Source: Erysipelotrichaceae bacterium (GTDB taxonomy: Bacteria; Bacillota_I; Bacilli_A; Erysipelotrichales; Erysipelotrichaceae). From it: 32,000 nt of DNA. Location of the stretch: assembly GCA_030604855.1 (NCBI GenBank), contig JAUVVC010000001.1, positions 270,001 through 302,000 of the forward strand, given 5' to 3'. This document shows positions 24,375-32,000 of the stretch, one piece after another. Within the stretch, counting starts at the first letter, position 1, and each line of letters starts with the position of its first letter. The notes beneath the pieces were generated by a model. It saw only the letters and a program-made list of their open reading frames with translations, was not told the DNA's origin and searched no databases. The position numbers were made by a program, and so were the translations under genes.

Positions 24375-25570
24375 TGGCGTTCATTGAATTATTGGCACCT
24401 GCAGGTGATTTAGCTCGTGCAAAAGTTGCCTTGGATTTTGGAGCGGATGCGGTCTATATCGGAGGTAAACGGTTTTCCTTGCGCTATCGTGCATCAAATT
24501 TTGAAGTATTTGATATTGCGGAAGCGGTTGAGTACGCTCATGCACGCAATAAACGGATCTTTGTGACGGTGAATATGATTCCACACCAAGGCGATCTTCC
24601 GGGTTTGAAAGAATATCTATTGGAGCTTGAAAGCATTGGTGTGGATGCGGTGATCGTGGCATCTTTGGGCATCGCTAAACTAGCGAAGCATGTTGCGCCT
24701 AAGATGGAAGTTCATCTGAGCACCCAACTCTCCATCACCAATTCTGAGAGCATGCGTTTCTATAAGGAATTGGGTGTCGATCGTGTCGTCTTGGCACGGG
24801 AATTGAATCTAAATACGATTGAGGCCATCATCCAGGAAGATGTTTTACCTGTAGAAGTCTTCATCCATGGGGGTATGTGTGTCAATTACTCGGGTCGATG
24901 TACCTTGAGCAATGAAATGACCTTGCGTGATGCGAATCGCGGGGGGTGTGCACAATCCTGTCGTTGGTCTTATGATTTGCATATCGATGGAATAAAAGTC
25001 AATCCAAGTGATGTGCCATTTTCGATGGGATCGAAAGATCTCATGGCCTTGGGATCCATCGAAGAAATGATGAAGATTGGGGTATCCAGTCTGAAGATCG
25101 AAGGGCGTATGAAGTCGGCTTACTATATCGGGGTCATTGTGCGTGCGTATCGACAATGGATCGATGCGATCCAGAATGGCAAAGCCAGTGATTTGTTGTA
25201 TACTTCAATCATCAATGAACTGAAACAAGCGGAGAGTCGTCCGACATTCGATGGATTCTTGAAATCAATGCCCGATCAAAATGGACATCTCTATCATCCA
25301 AAAGAAGAAGGCGTCGTTCAAAACTTTGTGGGTAATGTCTTAGAACAGAAGGATGATCGCATTCTCGTTGAGATGCGCAATCTTGTCTCAGTAGGTCAAG
25401 GGTTAGAATGTTTCAGTTATCATCAGGATCCCCAAGCATTCTCCATCACAGCGATGTGGGATGAGGAGGGTCTGGTGCTCGAGGTGGCGAATAAGCCGAT
25501 GTCGAAGGTGTGGATCCAATGCAATGTGGATGCGCGACCTGGAGACTTCCTCAGAAAGAAGAACGTATGA
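24374..25570 (+). CDS. U32-family peptidase-like protein, YrrO/YegQ (TrhP)-like
   Basis: The N-terminus ELLAPAGDL...A...GADAVYIGG and the near-perfect U32 signature EVFIHGGMCVNYSGRCTLS are present, followed by NRGGCAQSCRW. The gene overlaps its upstream neighbour by 1 nt (TAATG). Confidence 0.88.
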   Translation: MAFIELLAPAGDLARAKVALDFGADAVYIGGKRFSLRYRASNFEVFDIAEAVEYAHARNKRIFVTVNMIPHQGDLPGLKEYLLELESIGVDAVIVASLGIAKLAKHVAPKMEVHLSTQLSITNSESMRFYKELGVDRVVLARELNLNTIEAIIQEDVLPVEVFIHGGMCVNYSGRCTLSNEMTLRDANRGGCAQSCRWSYDLHIDGIKVNPSDVPFSMGSKDLMALGSIEEMMKIGVSSLKIEGRMKSAYYIGVIVRAYRQWIDAIQNGKASDLLYTSIINELKQAESRPTFDGFLKSMPDQNGHLYHPKEEGVVQNFVGNVLEQKDDRILVEMRNLVSVGQGLECFSYHQDPQAFSITAMWDEEGLVLEVANKPMSKVWIQCNVDARPGDFLRKKNV

Positions 25571-26292
25571 TCATATTAGAAGGTGCTTTGTCCGTCAAAG
25601 CTGCAGTAGAAGCGGGTGCACGCACCATTCAATCGATTTGGATGGATGAAGCCAAAGAATCCAAGGATTTCGATTACATCAAACGCATCGTCAAACAACG
25701 GGGTGTGAAGTTGTTGATGAAGCCAAAAGCGGAAATCGATGAACAAGCCACGGGCAAGACCCATGGTGGCATCATCGCCTTTGCTTCACCACGAAAGATT
25801 GAAGATGTTCAGTATCTCTTGAAGAAGAAACCATGGTTTGTGGTCATGATCGAAGGGGTTGAAGATCCTTTCAATCTAGGACAGATGATTCGGACTGCGT
25901 ATGCATCTGGTGCCAATGCCATCATCTTAAGCAAACGGGATTGGAGTCAAGCGGAAGTGACCTTGATGAAATCCAGTGCGGGTGCGTACGATCGCATCAT
26001 GATCATCCAATTGGATAAGTTGGAGGAAGATCTCGCTTTGATCAAGAATCAAGGCTACAATATCGTCGTGACACATCGTGAAGAAACATCCATGGATTTC
26101 ATGGACTATGATTATCCATTTCCGATGGTGCTCGCCTTTGGTGGTGAGTTGCGTGGTCTATCGAGATCTGTGCTCCAGGCACGGGATGTATCCTTAAAAA
26201 TCAATTATCCAACGCAGACCAAGCTCGCCTTGAATGCGGTCAGTGCAAGTGCGATCATTTGTTTTGAAGTCTATCGTAAAAGAAAGCCTTAA
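25567..26292 (+). CDS. SpoU/TrmH-family RNA 2'-O-methyltransferase
   Basis: The ATG at 25567 forms ATGA with the U32 stop; the ORF-track start at 25510 lies inside the U32 gene. SPOUT motifs are present: IEGVEDPFNLGQMIRTAYASGANAIIL, VLAFGGELRGLS and SLNAVSASAIICFE. Confidence 0.85.
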   Translation: MIILEGALSVKAAVEAGARTIQSIWMDEAKESKDFDYIKRIVKQRGVKLLMKPKAEIDEQATGKTHGGIIAFASPRKIEDVQYLLKKKPWFVVMIEGVEDPFNLGQMIRTAYASGANAIILSKRDWSQAEVTLMKSSAGAYDRIMIIQLDKLEEDLALIKNQGYNIVVTHREETSMDFMDYDYPFPMVLAFGGELRGLSRSVLQARDVSLKINYPTQTKLALNAVSASAIICFEVYRKRKP

Positions 26293-26320
26293 AGTGTATT
26301 TCGCTTTAAGGCTTTTATGT
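26283..26320 (+). terminator. Terminator hairpin after the methyltransferase gene
   Basis: AAAGCCTTAAAG (26283-26294), a 9-nt loop, CTTTAAGGCTTT (26304-26315), then TATGTT. The 12-bp stem includes the TAA stop. Confidence 0.55.
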
Positions 26321-26326
26321 TATAAT
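26318..26326 (+). promoter_or_regulatory. Extended -10 promoter of guaB-guaA
   Basis: A perfect TGtTATAAT at 26318-26326, with a weak -35. It lies 24 nt before the guaB start at 26350. Confidence 0.5.
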
Positions 26327-26349
26327 GGCAAGAAAAAATGGAGGAAACG

Positions 26350-27480
26350 ATGGATACGATGAATGGAAAAGTCATAAAAGATGGGTACACCTTTGATGAT
26401 CTATTATTGGTTCCAGCGTATTCGCAGGTAGTCCCTGCGGATGTGCAATTGAAGACGCGTTTGTGTAAAGGCATTGAACTTTCAATACCGGTGTGTTCCG
26501 CTGCCATGGATACGGTTACTGAAAGCAAGATGGCCATCGCTTTGGCTCAAGCCGGAGGTTTGGGTTTCATTCATAAGAATTTAAGCAGTGATTTGCAGGC
26601 TGAAATGGTTAAAGAAGTCAAATTGGCTAGTGCTCTAACAAACAGTGCAGTCGATGCCAAAGGTCGCCTTTTAGCAGGTGCGGCAGTCGGTGTCAGTGAA
26701 GGAACGATGGCGCGTGTCAAACTGTTGGTCGATGCCGGTGTCGACATCATCACCGTTGACAGTGCCCATGGACATTCAGCCGGTGTCATTGAGACGGTTC
26801 GCAAGATTCACGAGACTTATCCGGATCTTCCGTTGGTCGGTGGAAACATCGTCACAGCGGATGCGGCACAAGCTTTGATTCAAGCTGGAGCAGCTGTCTT
26901 GAAAGTTGGGGTCGGTCCAGGTTCCATCTGTACGACGCGCATCGTATCGGGCGTAGGGGTTCCGCAACTCACAGCGGTCAGTGATGTCGTACAAGTCGCG
27001 AAACGTTACAATGTGGGCGTCATCGCCGATGGTGGCATCAAGTTCTCTGGCGACATTGTCAAAGCCTTGGCTGCTGGTGCGGATGCGGTCATGTTGGGTG
27101 GTTTGTTGGCCGGATGTGAAGAAACACCAGGTGAAATCATTGAAGTCTATGGTAAGAAAGTCAAGACCTATGTGGGTATGGGTTCACTCAGTGCCATGCA
27201 ACGGGGAAGCAGCGATCGTTACTTCCAAGGTGGACAGAAAGAATTAAAGAAACTGGTTCCGGAAGGCATTGAAGCGACCGTTCCCTATAAAGGACCAATG
27301 AGCGATGTCATCTATCAAATGATGGGGGGCTTACGTTCGGGTATGGGTTATTGTGGATGTGCGAATATCGAAGAGCTCAAAGAAAAGGCTCAATTTGTGA
27401 AGATAAGTAATGCGGGACTTAAGGAGTCGCATCCGCATACAGTAGAAAATGTGAAGGAGGCTCCAAATTACCGTGGCTGA
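26350..27480 (+). CDS. guaB: IMP dehydrogenase lacking the CBS/Bateman subdomain
   Basis: A GGAGG site at 26340-26344 favours the ATG at 26350; ATGs at 26338 and 26359 are alternatives. IMPDH-specific elements are present: the catalytic loop [23 protein letters not shown], the flap GSSDRYFQ....LVPEGIE..VPYKG and the C-terminus ESHPH.V....APNY. The roughly 110-aa CBS pair normally found between KVK and GRL..GAAVG is replaced by [12 protein letters not shown]. Confidence 0.9.
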   Translation: MDTMNGKVIKDGYTFDDLLLVPAYSQVVPADVQLKTRLCKGIELSIPVCSAAMDTVTESKMAIALAQAGGLGFIHKNLSSDLQAEMVKEVKLASALTNSAVDAKGRLLAGAAVGVSEGTMARVKLLVDAGVDIITVDSAHGHSAGVIETVRKIHETYPDLPLVGGNIVTADAAQALIQAGAAVLKVGVGPGSICTTRIVSGVGVPQLTAVSDVVQVAKRYNVGVIADGGIKFSGDIVKALAAGADAVMLGGLLAGCEETPGEIIEVYGKKVKTYVGMGSLSAMQRGSSDRYFQGGQKELKKLVPEGIEATVPYKGPMSDVIYQMMGGLRSGMGYCGCANIEELKEKAQFVKISNAGLKESHPHTVENVKEAPNYRG

Positions 27481-29005
27481 TAAAATCGTCGTATTGGATT
27501 TCGGAAGTCAGTATAATCAGTTGATTGCACGTCGGATTCGTGAAATGGGTGTGTTCAGTGAACTCAAAGCCCATGATACAGAAATCGACTATTATAAAAA
27601 TGATCCTGAGATACGTGGAATCGTGTTCTCGGGTGGCCCTAATTCTGTTTATGAAGAAGGCGCACTTCTCGTGGACCCTCAGATCTATGATTTGGGTATT
27701 CCAGTCTTGGGGATTTGTTATGGCATGCAGTTGATGGCACACCAATTGGGTGGGGAAGTCAAATCCGGTAAGATCCGTGAATATGGGAAATCGGATATTG
27801 AAATCAAACACTTCAACCCAATGTGTGATGGTTTACCATCAACACAAGCAGTTTGGATGAGTCATGGGGATGAAGTCCACCGTGTCCCTGAAGGTTTCAC
27901 ACAAGATGCTTTCAGTGAATCCGGTGTGCTTGCCAGCATGTCCAACGTCGATATACAACTTTATGGGGTTCAGTTCCATCCTGAAGTCAAGCATTCCGTA
28001 TACGGACAAACCTGGTTGAAGAACTTTGTTTTCAATGTCTGTAAGGTCCAAAACAATTGGAAGCTTGAAGATTTCATTGAACAAGAAGTTCAAGCCATTC
28101 GTGATGTGACCCAAGGTCAAGAAGTCCTTTGTGCTCTGTCCGGAGGTGTGGATTCATCGGTCGTGGCAGCACTTTTGCACAAAGCTATTGGACCTAAATT
28201 GACATGTATGTTCGTAGATCATGGTTTGCTCAGAGAGAATGAAGCTGAACAAGTCAAACTTACCTTTGAAGATCACTTCAAAATAAATTTAATTAAAATT
28301 GATGCGAAGGAACGTTTTCTATCTAAATTAGCTGGTGTTGCGGATCCAGAGAAGAAACGTAAGATCATTGGAGAAGAATTCATTCGTGTGTTTGAATCGG
28401 AGTCCAAGAAATTGAGTCATATCGCGTTCTTAGCTCAAGGAACACTCTACACAGATATTATTGAATCCGGAACGAAAACAGCGCATACCATCAAGTCCCA
28501 TCACAATGTGGGGGGCTTGCCTAAGGATATGCATTTCAAATTGATTGAACCCTTGAACATGTTATTTAAAGATGAAGTTCGTCAATTAGGATTATTGTTG
28601 GGTCTAAGTGAAGCGATGGTTCACCGTCAACCGTTCCCAGGTCCAGGTTTAGCCATACGTATTATTGGGGATGTGACGGAAGAAAAACTGCATATCGTTC
28701 AAAAGAGTGATACCATCTTGCATGAAGAGTTCAAAAAGGCAGGCTTGGACAGAGAAATCTGGCAATACTTCACCGTTCTTACAAACATCCAATCTGTTGG
28801 GGTCATGGGCGATCAACGTACTTATGATTATGCGTTGGGTATCCGTGCCGTCACATCCATTGATGGAATGACTGCGGATTATGCCAAGGTTCCTTATGAA
28901 ATCTTGGATAGAGTATCCAATCGTATCGTCAATGAGGTTAAAGGGGTCAATCGTATTCTGTACGATGTGACTTCCAAACCACCAGCCACCATTGAGTGGG
29001 AATAG
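27473..29005 (+). CDS. guaA: GMP synthase (glutamine-hydrolysing)
   Basis: A GTG start at 27473 overlaps guaB by 8 nt, with GAAGGAGG 12 nt upstream. The GATase domain shows [20 protein letters not shown] and GICYGMQ. The ATP-PPase P-loop is [10 protein letters not shown], and the C-terminus is KPPATIEWE. Confidence 0.95.
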   Translation: MADKIVVLDFGSQYNQLIARRIREMGVFSELKAHDTEIDYYKNDPEIRGIVFSGGPNSVYEEGALLVDPQIYDLGIPVLGICYGMQLMAHQLGGEVKSGKIREYGKSDIEIKHFNPMCDGLPSTQAVWMSHGDEVHRVPEGFTQDAFSESGVLASMSNVDIQLYGVQFHPEVKHSVYGQTWLKNFVFNVCKVQNNWKLEDFIEQEVQAIRDVTQGQEVLCALSGGVDSSVVAALLHKAIGPKLTCMFVDHGLLRENEAEQVKLTFEDHFKINLIKIDAKERFLSKLAGVADPEKKRKIIGEEFIRVFESESKKLSHIAFLAQGTLYTDIIESGTKTAHTIKSHHNVGGLPKDMHFKLIEPLNMLFKDEVRQLGLLLGLSEAMVHRQPFPGPGLAIRIIGDVTEEKLHIVQKSDTILHEEFKKAGLDREIWQYFTVLTNIQSVGVMGDQRTYDYALGIRAVTSIDGMTADYAKVPYEILDRVSNRIVNEVKGVNRILYDVTSKPPATIEWE

Positions 29006-29026
29006 AATACCAACATCATGATTTCT

Positions 29027-29059
29027 AAAAGTCCATTTATATAGTGGACTTTTATATTT
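29027..29059 (+). terminator. Rho-independent terminator after guaA
   Basis: AAAAGTCCA (29027-29035), a 9-nt loop, TGGACTTTT (29045-29053), then ATATTT. Confidence 0.6.
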
Positions 29060-29156
29060 CAGTTCTTATTAGCCAAAATCTCGTTTAAATATATACTTCG
29101 CATAGTGCTATCATTAGAGTTACAGTACATGTGATAAAGATGCTCAACAAAAGCGT

Positions 29157-29185
29157 ATGAATGTAAAACCAATCCTAGATATAAT
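29157..29185 (+). promoter_or_regulatory. Candidate promoter of the yihY-like gene
   Basis: ATGAAT (29157-29162), 17 nt, TATAAT (29180-29185). It lies 30 nt upstream of the ATG at 29216, which has a GAGGG Shine-Dalgarno site. Confidence 0.35.
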
Positions 29186-29215
29186 AGTGTAAGTGATAGA
29201 AATAACTGAGGGCAT

Positions 29216-30076
29216 ATGAAACCAACGTTAGCGAATACTAAAGATTATGCGAATAAATTCTTAAAGCACTTATTATTTCGCCTTAAGGAAGATGACATTG
29301 CTGGTTTAAGTGCGCAATGTTCATATTTTCTTTTCTTGTCGTTATTTCCGTTTGTCATCTTTTTATTTAGTTTGTTGAGCTTTACGAATATACCTCAATC
29401 GCAATTGATGAATCTCGTGTTTAGTTATTTTCCGACGGATGTCGCAATCGTTACTAGAACCATCATTGAAAATATTTTAAGCACACGTAACGTGACGCTT
29501 TTAACAGTAGGTGCTTTAATGACCGTATGGAGTTCATCGAGTGGTATCAATGCAGTCAGAAAAGGTTTATACAAAGCCTATCGTAAAGTTGAAACACGTC
29601 CTATTTGGCAAGTAATTGTGGTCAATTTGGTATCCACCGTTGGTTTAGCGTTAATTTTGTTTGTAACGATTGTCTTTTTGGTATCGGGTGAAGTTCTTGG
29701 AAATCAAGTTTTTAAAATATTAAGTATTTCCAGTACATTTGAATTTGTATGGAATCTCATTCGCTTATTAGTACCACTTATTACAATGGCTTCTGTATTC
29801 ACTGTGTTGTATATCTTGATTCCATTTCGAAGAGTAAAGTTCAATGAAGTTTTTCCAGGTGTCATATTTGCGATGGTGGCATGGCTTACGATCTCGTTAT
29901 TGTTTTCATACTTTGTCAATAACTTTACTAATTATGCCAATATCTATGGCAGTATCAGCGGAATCATTATTCTATTGATTTGGTTGAATTTGAGTTGTTT
30001 ATTCTTGTTGTTGGGTGGTGAAATCAACGCTTCGATAGCTTATTTTAATGCTTTGGATAAGGATGATCAAGAATAG
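29216..30076 (+). CDS. YihY/BrkB-family integral membrane protein (historically mis-named ribonuclease BN)
   Basis: The N-terminal DDIAGLSAQCSYFLFLSLFPFVIFL pattern, six hydrophobic segments and the C-terminal IILLIWLNLSCLFLLLGGEINA are characteristic of the YihY family. Confidence 0.8.
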   Translation: MKPTLANTKDYANKFLKHLLFRLKEDDIAGLSAQCSYFLFLSLFPFVIFLFSLLSFTNIPQSQLMNLVFSYFPTDVAIVTRTIIENILSTRNVTLLTVGALMTVWSSSSGINAVRKGLYKAYRKVETRPIWQVIVVNLVSTVGLALILFVTIVFLVSGEVLGNQVFKILSISSTFEFVWNLIRLLVPLITMASVFTVLYILIPFRRVKFNEVFPGVIFAMVAWLTISLLFSYFVNNFTNYANIYGSISGIIILLIWLNLSCLFLLLGGEINASIAYFNALDKDDQE

Positions 30077-30238
30077 AGTCGACGTTCTTATTTTTTGAAC
30101 TTTAGATAAGATGAATTTTATCAAAACTTATAAAATCAATGAATCGTAGAATTAAAAGTCTACAAAATGTACAATTTATGACTTCACCAATCCATATTCT
30201 AGCGGTATCATATGAATATACTCAATGAGGAGGAAGAT

Positions 30239-31333
30239 ATGATGAAAGTTGAACTCGCTCAGAATATACGGAAGTTACGAAAAGAAAAGTTGATGACGCA
30301 AGAGAATCTAGCGGAAGCACTGGGTGTTTCGGTTGCGGTGATCTCTAAATGGGAGTTAGGCGCATCCACACCAGATGTTCAATATATCGCGGAGATCGCT
30401 TCTTTCTTTGAGACCTCTGTTGATGTGCTCTTTGGTTATGAACTTCAAAGCAACAATCTCACTAAAACGCTTGAAGCCTTGGATCAATGTCGCCAAAGCA
30501 AGAATTATGAACAAGCGTTATTGCTTGTAGAGAAGGCCATTCAGAAGTATTCAAATAATTTCATGATCAACTATAAGAGTGGACGTCTGTTGGCTTCGTT
30601 TGGGATTGAAAAGAAAGATGTTCAAATCACGGAAAGAGCAGTTGTGCTCTTGCATCGTGCGATTGATCTAATTTCACAGAACACGGATGAAAGTATTACT
30701 GAAATTGAGATCTATTCAGAGATTGCGGAGAGTTTGATCACCATCGATTGTGCAGAAGACGCACTTCAAATACTCAAGAAACATAATCCTGGAGGCTTGA
30801 ACAACGCAACGATTGCGATGATCTATGCAAGTGACTTGAAACAAGCGGATGAAGCGTTCCCATATTTGACGAAAGCGTTGGGCGAAAACTTACAAGTACA
30901 CATTCGCACAATCATTGGGTTTGTGAATGCGTACATGCTTAAGAAACAGTATTCGAATGCATATGAAGCCATCACGTGGTTGATTCGAAATTTGGAAAGC
31001 TATAAGAAACAAGCAACGGATGTGACGTACATTGATAAATTGGTGGCCGTGTTCACCGTGGCGGCAGCGGATCTTTCGATCCATTTAAAGCAATTGGATC
31101 AAGCAAAGCACCATCTTCACGACGCCTATCAAGCCGCAGTACGATTTGATGAGCATCCGGATTATGGCATCAAACAACTACGTTTCTGTGAAAGTGCTCC
31201 GGATACTGCGGTTGCCTATGATGATTTAGGTGAAACAGCCCTGAAGGCGATCTTGCAGGCAATCCAAAACAGCGAAGAGAATCAAACCAGCTTAGAAACA
31301 ATGTGGAAGGAGCTTGCTTATGAAGACAAGTGA
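30239..31333 (+). CDS. Transcriptional regulator: XRE-type HTH plus a roughly 300-aa all-helical TPR-like domain (RNPP-like architecture)
   Basis: A GAGGAGG site at 30227-30233 favours ATG 30239/30242 over the ORF-track start at 30212. The HTH_3 pattern is LAQNIRKLRKEKLMTQENLAEALGVSVAVISKWELGASTPDVQYIAEIASFFETSVDVLF. The remainder consists of repeated helical hairpins (e.g. YEQALLLVEKAIQKYSNN, YSNAYEAITWLIRNLE). Confidence 0.75.
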   Translation: MMKVELAQNIRKLRKEKLMTQENLAEALGVSVAVISKWELGASTPDVQYIAEIASFFETSVDVLFGYELQSNNLTKTLEALDQCRQSKNYEQALLLVEKAIQKYSNNFMINYKSGRLLASFGIEKKDVQITERAVVLLHRAIDLISQNTDESITEIEIYSEIAESLITIDCAEDALQILKKHNPGGLNNATIAMIYASDLKQADEAFPYLTKALGENLQVHIRTIIGFVNAYMLKKQYSNAYEAITWLIRNLESYKKQATDVTYIDKLVAVFTVAAADLSIHLKQLDQAKHHLHDAYQAAVRFDEHPDYGIKQLRFCESAPDTAVAYDDLGETALKAILQAIQNSEENQTSLETMWKELAYEDK

Positions 31334-32000
31334 AACCAAACAAAGACGTAATACATTCATCCAGCAGTTCTATCACAATAATAAACTTGCCTTTGGCTTT
31401 GCGGTGCTCGCAACGATCTTGTTATCTTTCATCAATCTTGCGATTTCGTGGTTGTTGCAACAAGTACTCGATGCGGCGACAGGAAGTGAGAACACATACA
31501 GTTTGACGACGTTGGCGATCATCTCGATGATGTTGATCATCTTCATTCTATTTGTAGGTCTGTTAAATTATAAGTCCAAACCTAAATTCATTGCGACCGC
31601 AATGAAACAATACAAAGATCATGCTTTCAAGTTCATCACGAAAAAGGGCATCCATGCATTCAGTGGTGAAAACACATCGGTTTACTTATCGGCATTATCA
31701 AACGATACGACAAACATAGAAACGAACTATTTGAACAATACGTTTACACTGGTCTCACAGCTTTTATCCTTTGTTGGAGCCTTTGCGATGATGTTGTGGT
31801 ACAGTCCACTCTTGACGCTGGCGGCTGTGTTGCTCTCATCACTTCCACTTCTGGCATCCATTTTGGCTGGTAATCGTTTGGTTGTGGCAGAAAAGAATGT
31901 CTCGGATCGCAATGCGAGTTATGTCGCAACGCTTAAAGATTGTTTGAGTGGATTCTCCGTGGTTAAGAGTTTCAAAGCAGAGAAGCAGATCATAACCATG
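31320..32000 (+). CDS. ABC transporter, fused permease/ATPase exporter type; N-terminal transmembrane domain only (continues beyond the window)
   Basis: This ORF is not in the supplied track because it has no stop inside the window. I translated it by hand from the ATG at 31320, which has GGAAGGAG 7 nt upstream. The product begins MKTSETKQRRNTFIQQFYHNNKLAFGFAVLATILLSFINLAISWLLQQVLDAATG...LSNDTTNIETNYL...SPLLTLAAVLLSSLPLL...FSVVKSFKAEKQ. That is the typical type-I ABC exporter TMD pattern. It overlaps the regulator gene by 14 nt. Confidence 0.8.
   Translation, partial: MKTSETKQRRNTFIQQFYHNNKLAFGFAVLATILLSFINLAISWLLQQVLDAATGSENTYSLTTLAIISMMLIIFILFVGLLNYKSKPKFIATAMKQYKDHAFKFITKKGIHAFSGENTSVYLSALSNDTTNIETNYLNNTFTLVSQLLSFVGAFAMMLWYSPLLTLAAVLLSSLPLLASILAGNRLVVAEKNVSDRNASYVATLKDCLSGFSVVKSFKAEKQIITM

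Noticed and set aside
26293-26349. A possible purine/guanine riboswitch upstream of guaB.
   Set aside because: The intergenic region is only about 57 nt. It is fully occupied by the upstream terminator hairpin, an extended -10 box and the Shine-Dalgarno site, leaving no room for an aptamer.
29061-29160. The AT-rich spacer after guaA (…TTTAAATATATACTTCGCATAG…), considered as a possible dif/Xer site or small RNA.
   Set aside because: Position-by-position comparison with the B. subtilis dif core, as I recall it, gives no convincing match. There is no stable hairpin, and no promoter-terminator pair that would define an sRNA.
30067-30097. A possible terminator after the yihY-like gene (AAGAAT...GTTCTT followed by ATTTTTT).
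   Set aside because: The stem is only 5-6 AU-rich base pairs, one of them a G-U pair, around an 11-nt loop. That is too weak to call, although the T-tract is suggestive.
30111-30228. Two short ORFs upstream of the XRE-TPR regulator, of 12 aa (30111-30149) and 16 aa (30178-30228), as possible quorum-sensing propeptides.
   Set aside because: They have no Shine-Dalgarno site and no basic N-terminus plus hydrophobic core as in SHP/ComS/PapR-type peptides. The second would start upstream of the likely transcription start. They are kept only as a note inside the regulator finding.
1-32000. Mobile elements, prophage remnants, CRISPR arrays, tRNA/rRNA genes, and known defence-system hallmarks (nucleases, helicases, reverse transcriptases, TIR/SIR2, restriction-modification genes).
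   Set aside because: None was recognisable in any frame. The only recombinase is the chromosomal xerC in its conserved housekeeping context. No long direct or inverted repeats flank any block.

Overview
This is a 32-kb chromosomal segment from a low-GC Gram-positive (Bacillota-type) genome. I infer that from Bacillus-like gene order, GGAGG Shine-Dalgarno sites and TTGACA/TATAAT-type promoters. I count 32 protein-coding genes, two of them cut by the window edges. I found no tRNA, rRNA, CRISPR array, IS element, transposase or prophage genes. The left third (2-10176, + strand) is a housekeeping block: topA-trmFO-xerC, then rpsB-tsf-pyrH-frr-uppS-cdsA-dxr-rseP. Many of these genes have 1-14 nt start/stop overlaps. 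The rest is a mix of accessory and metabolic units. (a) A membrane-anchored protein made almost entirely of about nine PASTA repeats, with no kinase or PBP domain (10190-12130). (b) A convergent two-gene envelope operon on the minus strand: a 316-aa membrane-anchored beta-rich protein plus an 888-aa secreted GH73-type N-acetylglucosaminidase (12190-15806). (c) An aldo/keto reductase. (d) An SOS-like mutagenesis cassette (16724-19841): Y-family polymerase, a 78-aa unknown and an SRAP/YedK-type protein on the minus strand, divergent from an XRE-HTH/S24 LexA-like repressor that is coupled to a small lipoprotein. The shared promoter region carries two identical ACTTGAA-N5-TTCAAGT inverted repeats and no Bacillus-type GAAC-N4-GTTC box. 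(e) An ltaE / Zn-ribbon unknown / MBL-hydrolase operon. (f) An MFS / U32 (YrrN-like) / U32 (YrrO-like) / SpoU-TrmH methyltransferase operon. (g) guaB-guaA, where the IMP dehydrogenase naturally lacks the CBS/Bateman module. (h) A YihY/BrkB-family membrane protein. (i) An XRE-HTH + TPR-like regulator overlapping the start of an ABC exporter that runs off the window; that ORF is absent from the supplied ORF track. The most interesting candidates are the SOS-like cassette with its apparently non-canonical operator and unassigned 78-aa component, the stand-alone poly-PASTA protein, and the GH73 / membrane-partner operon. All family assignments come from motif recognition by eye; no database search was possible.
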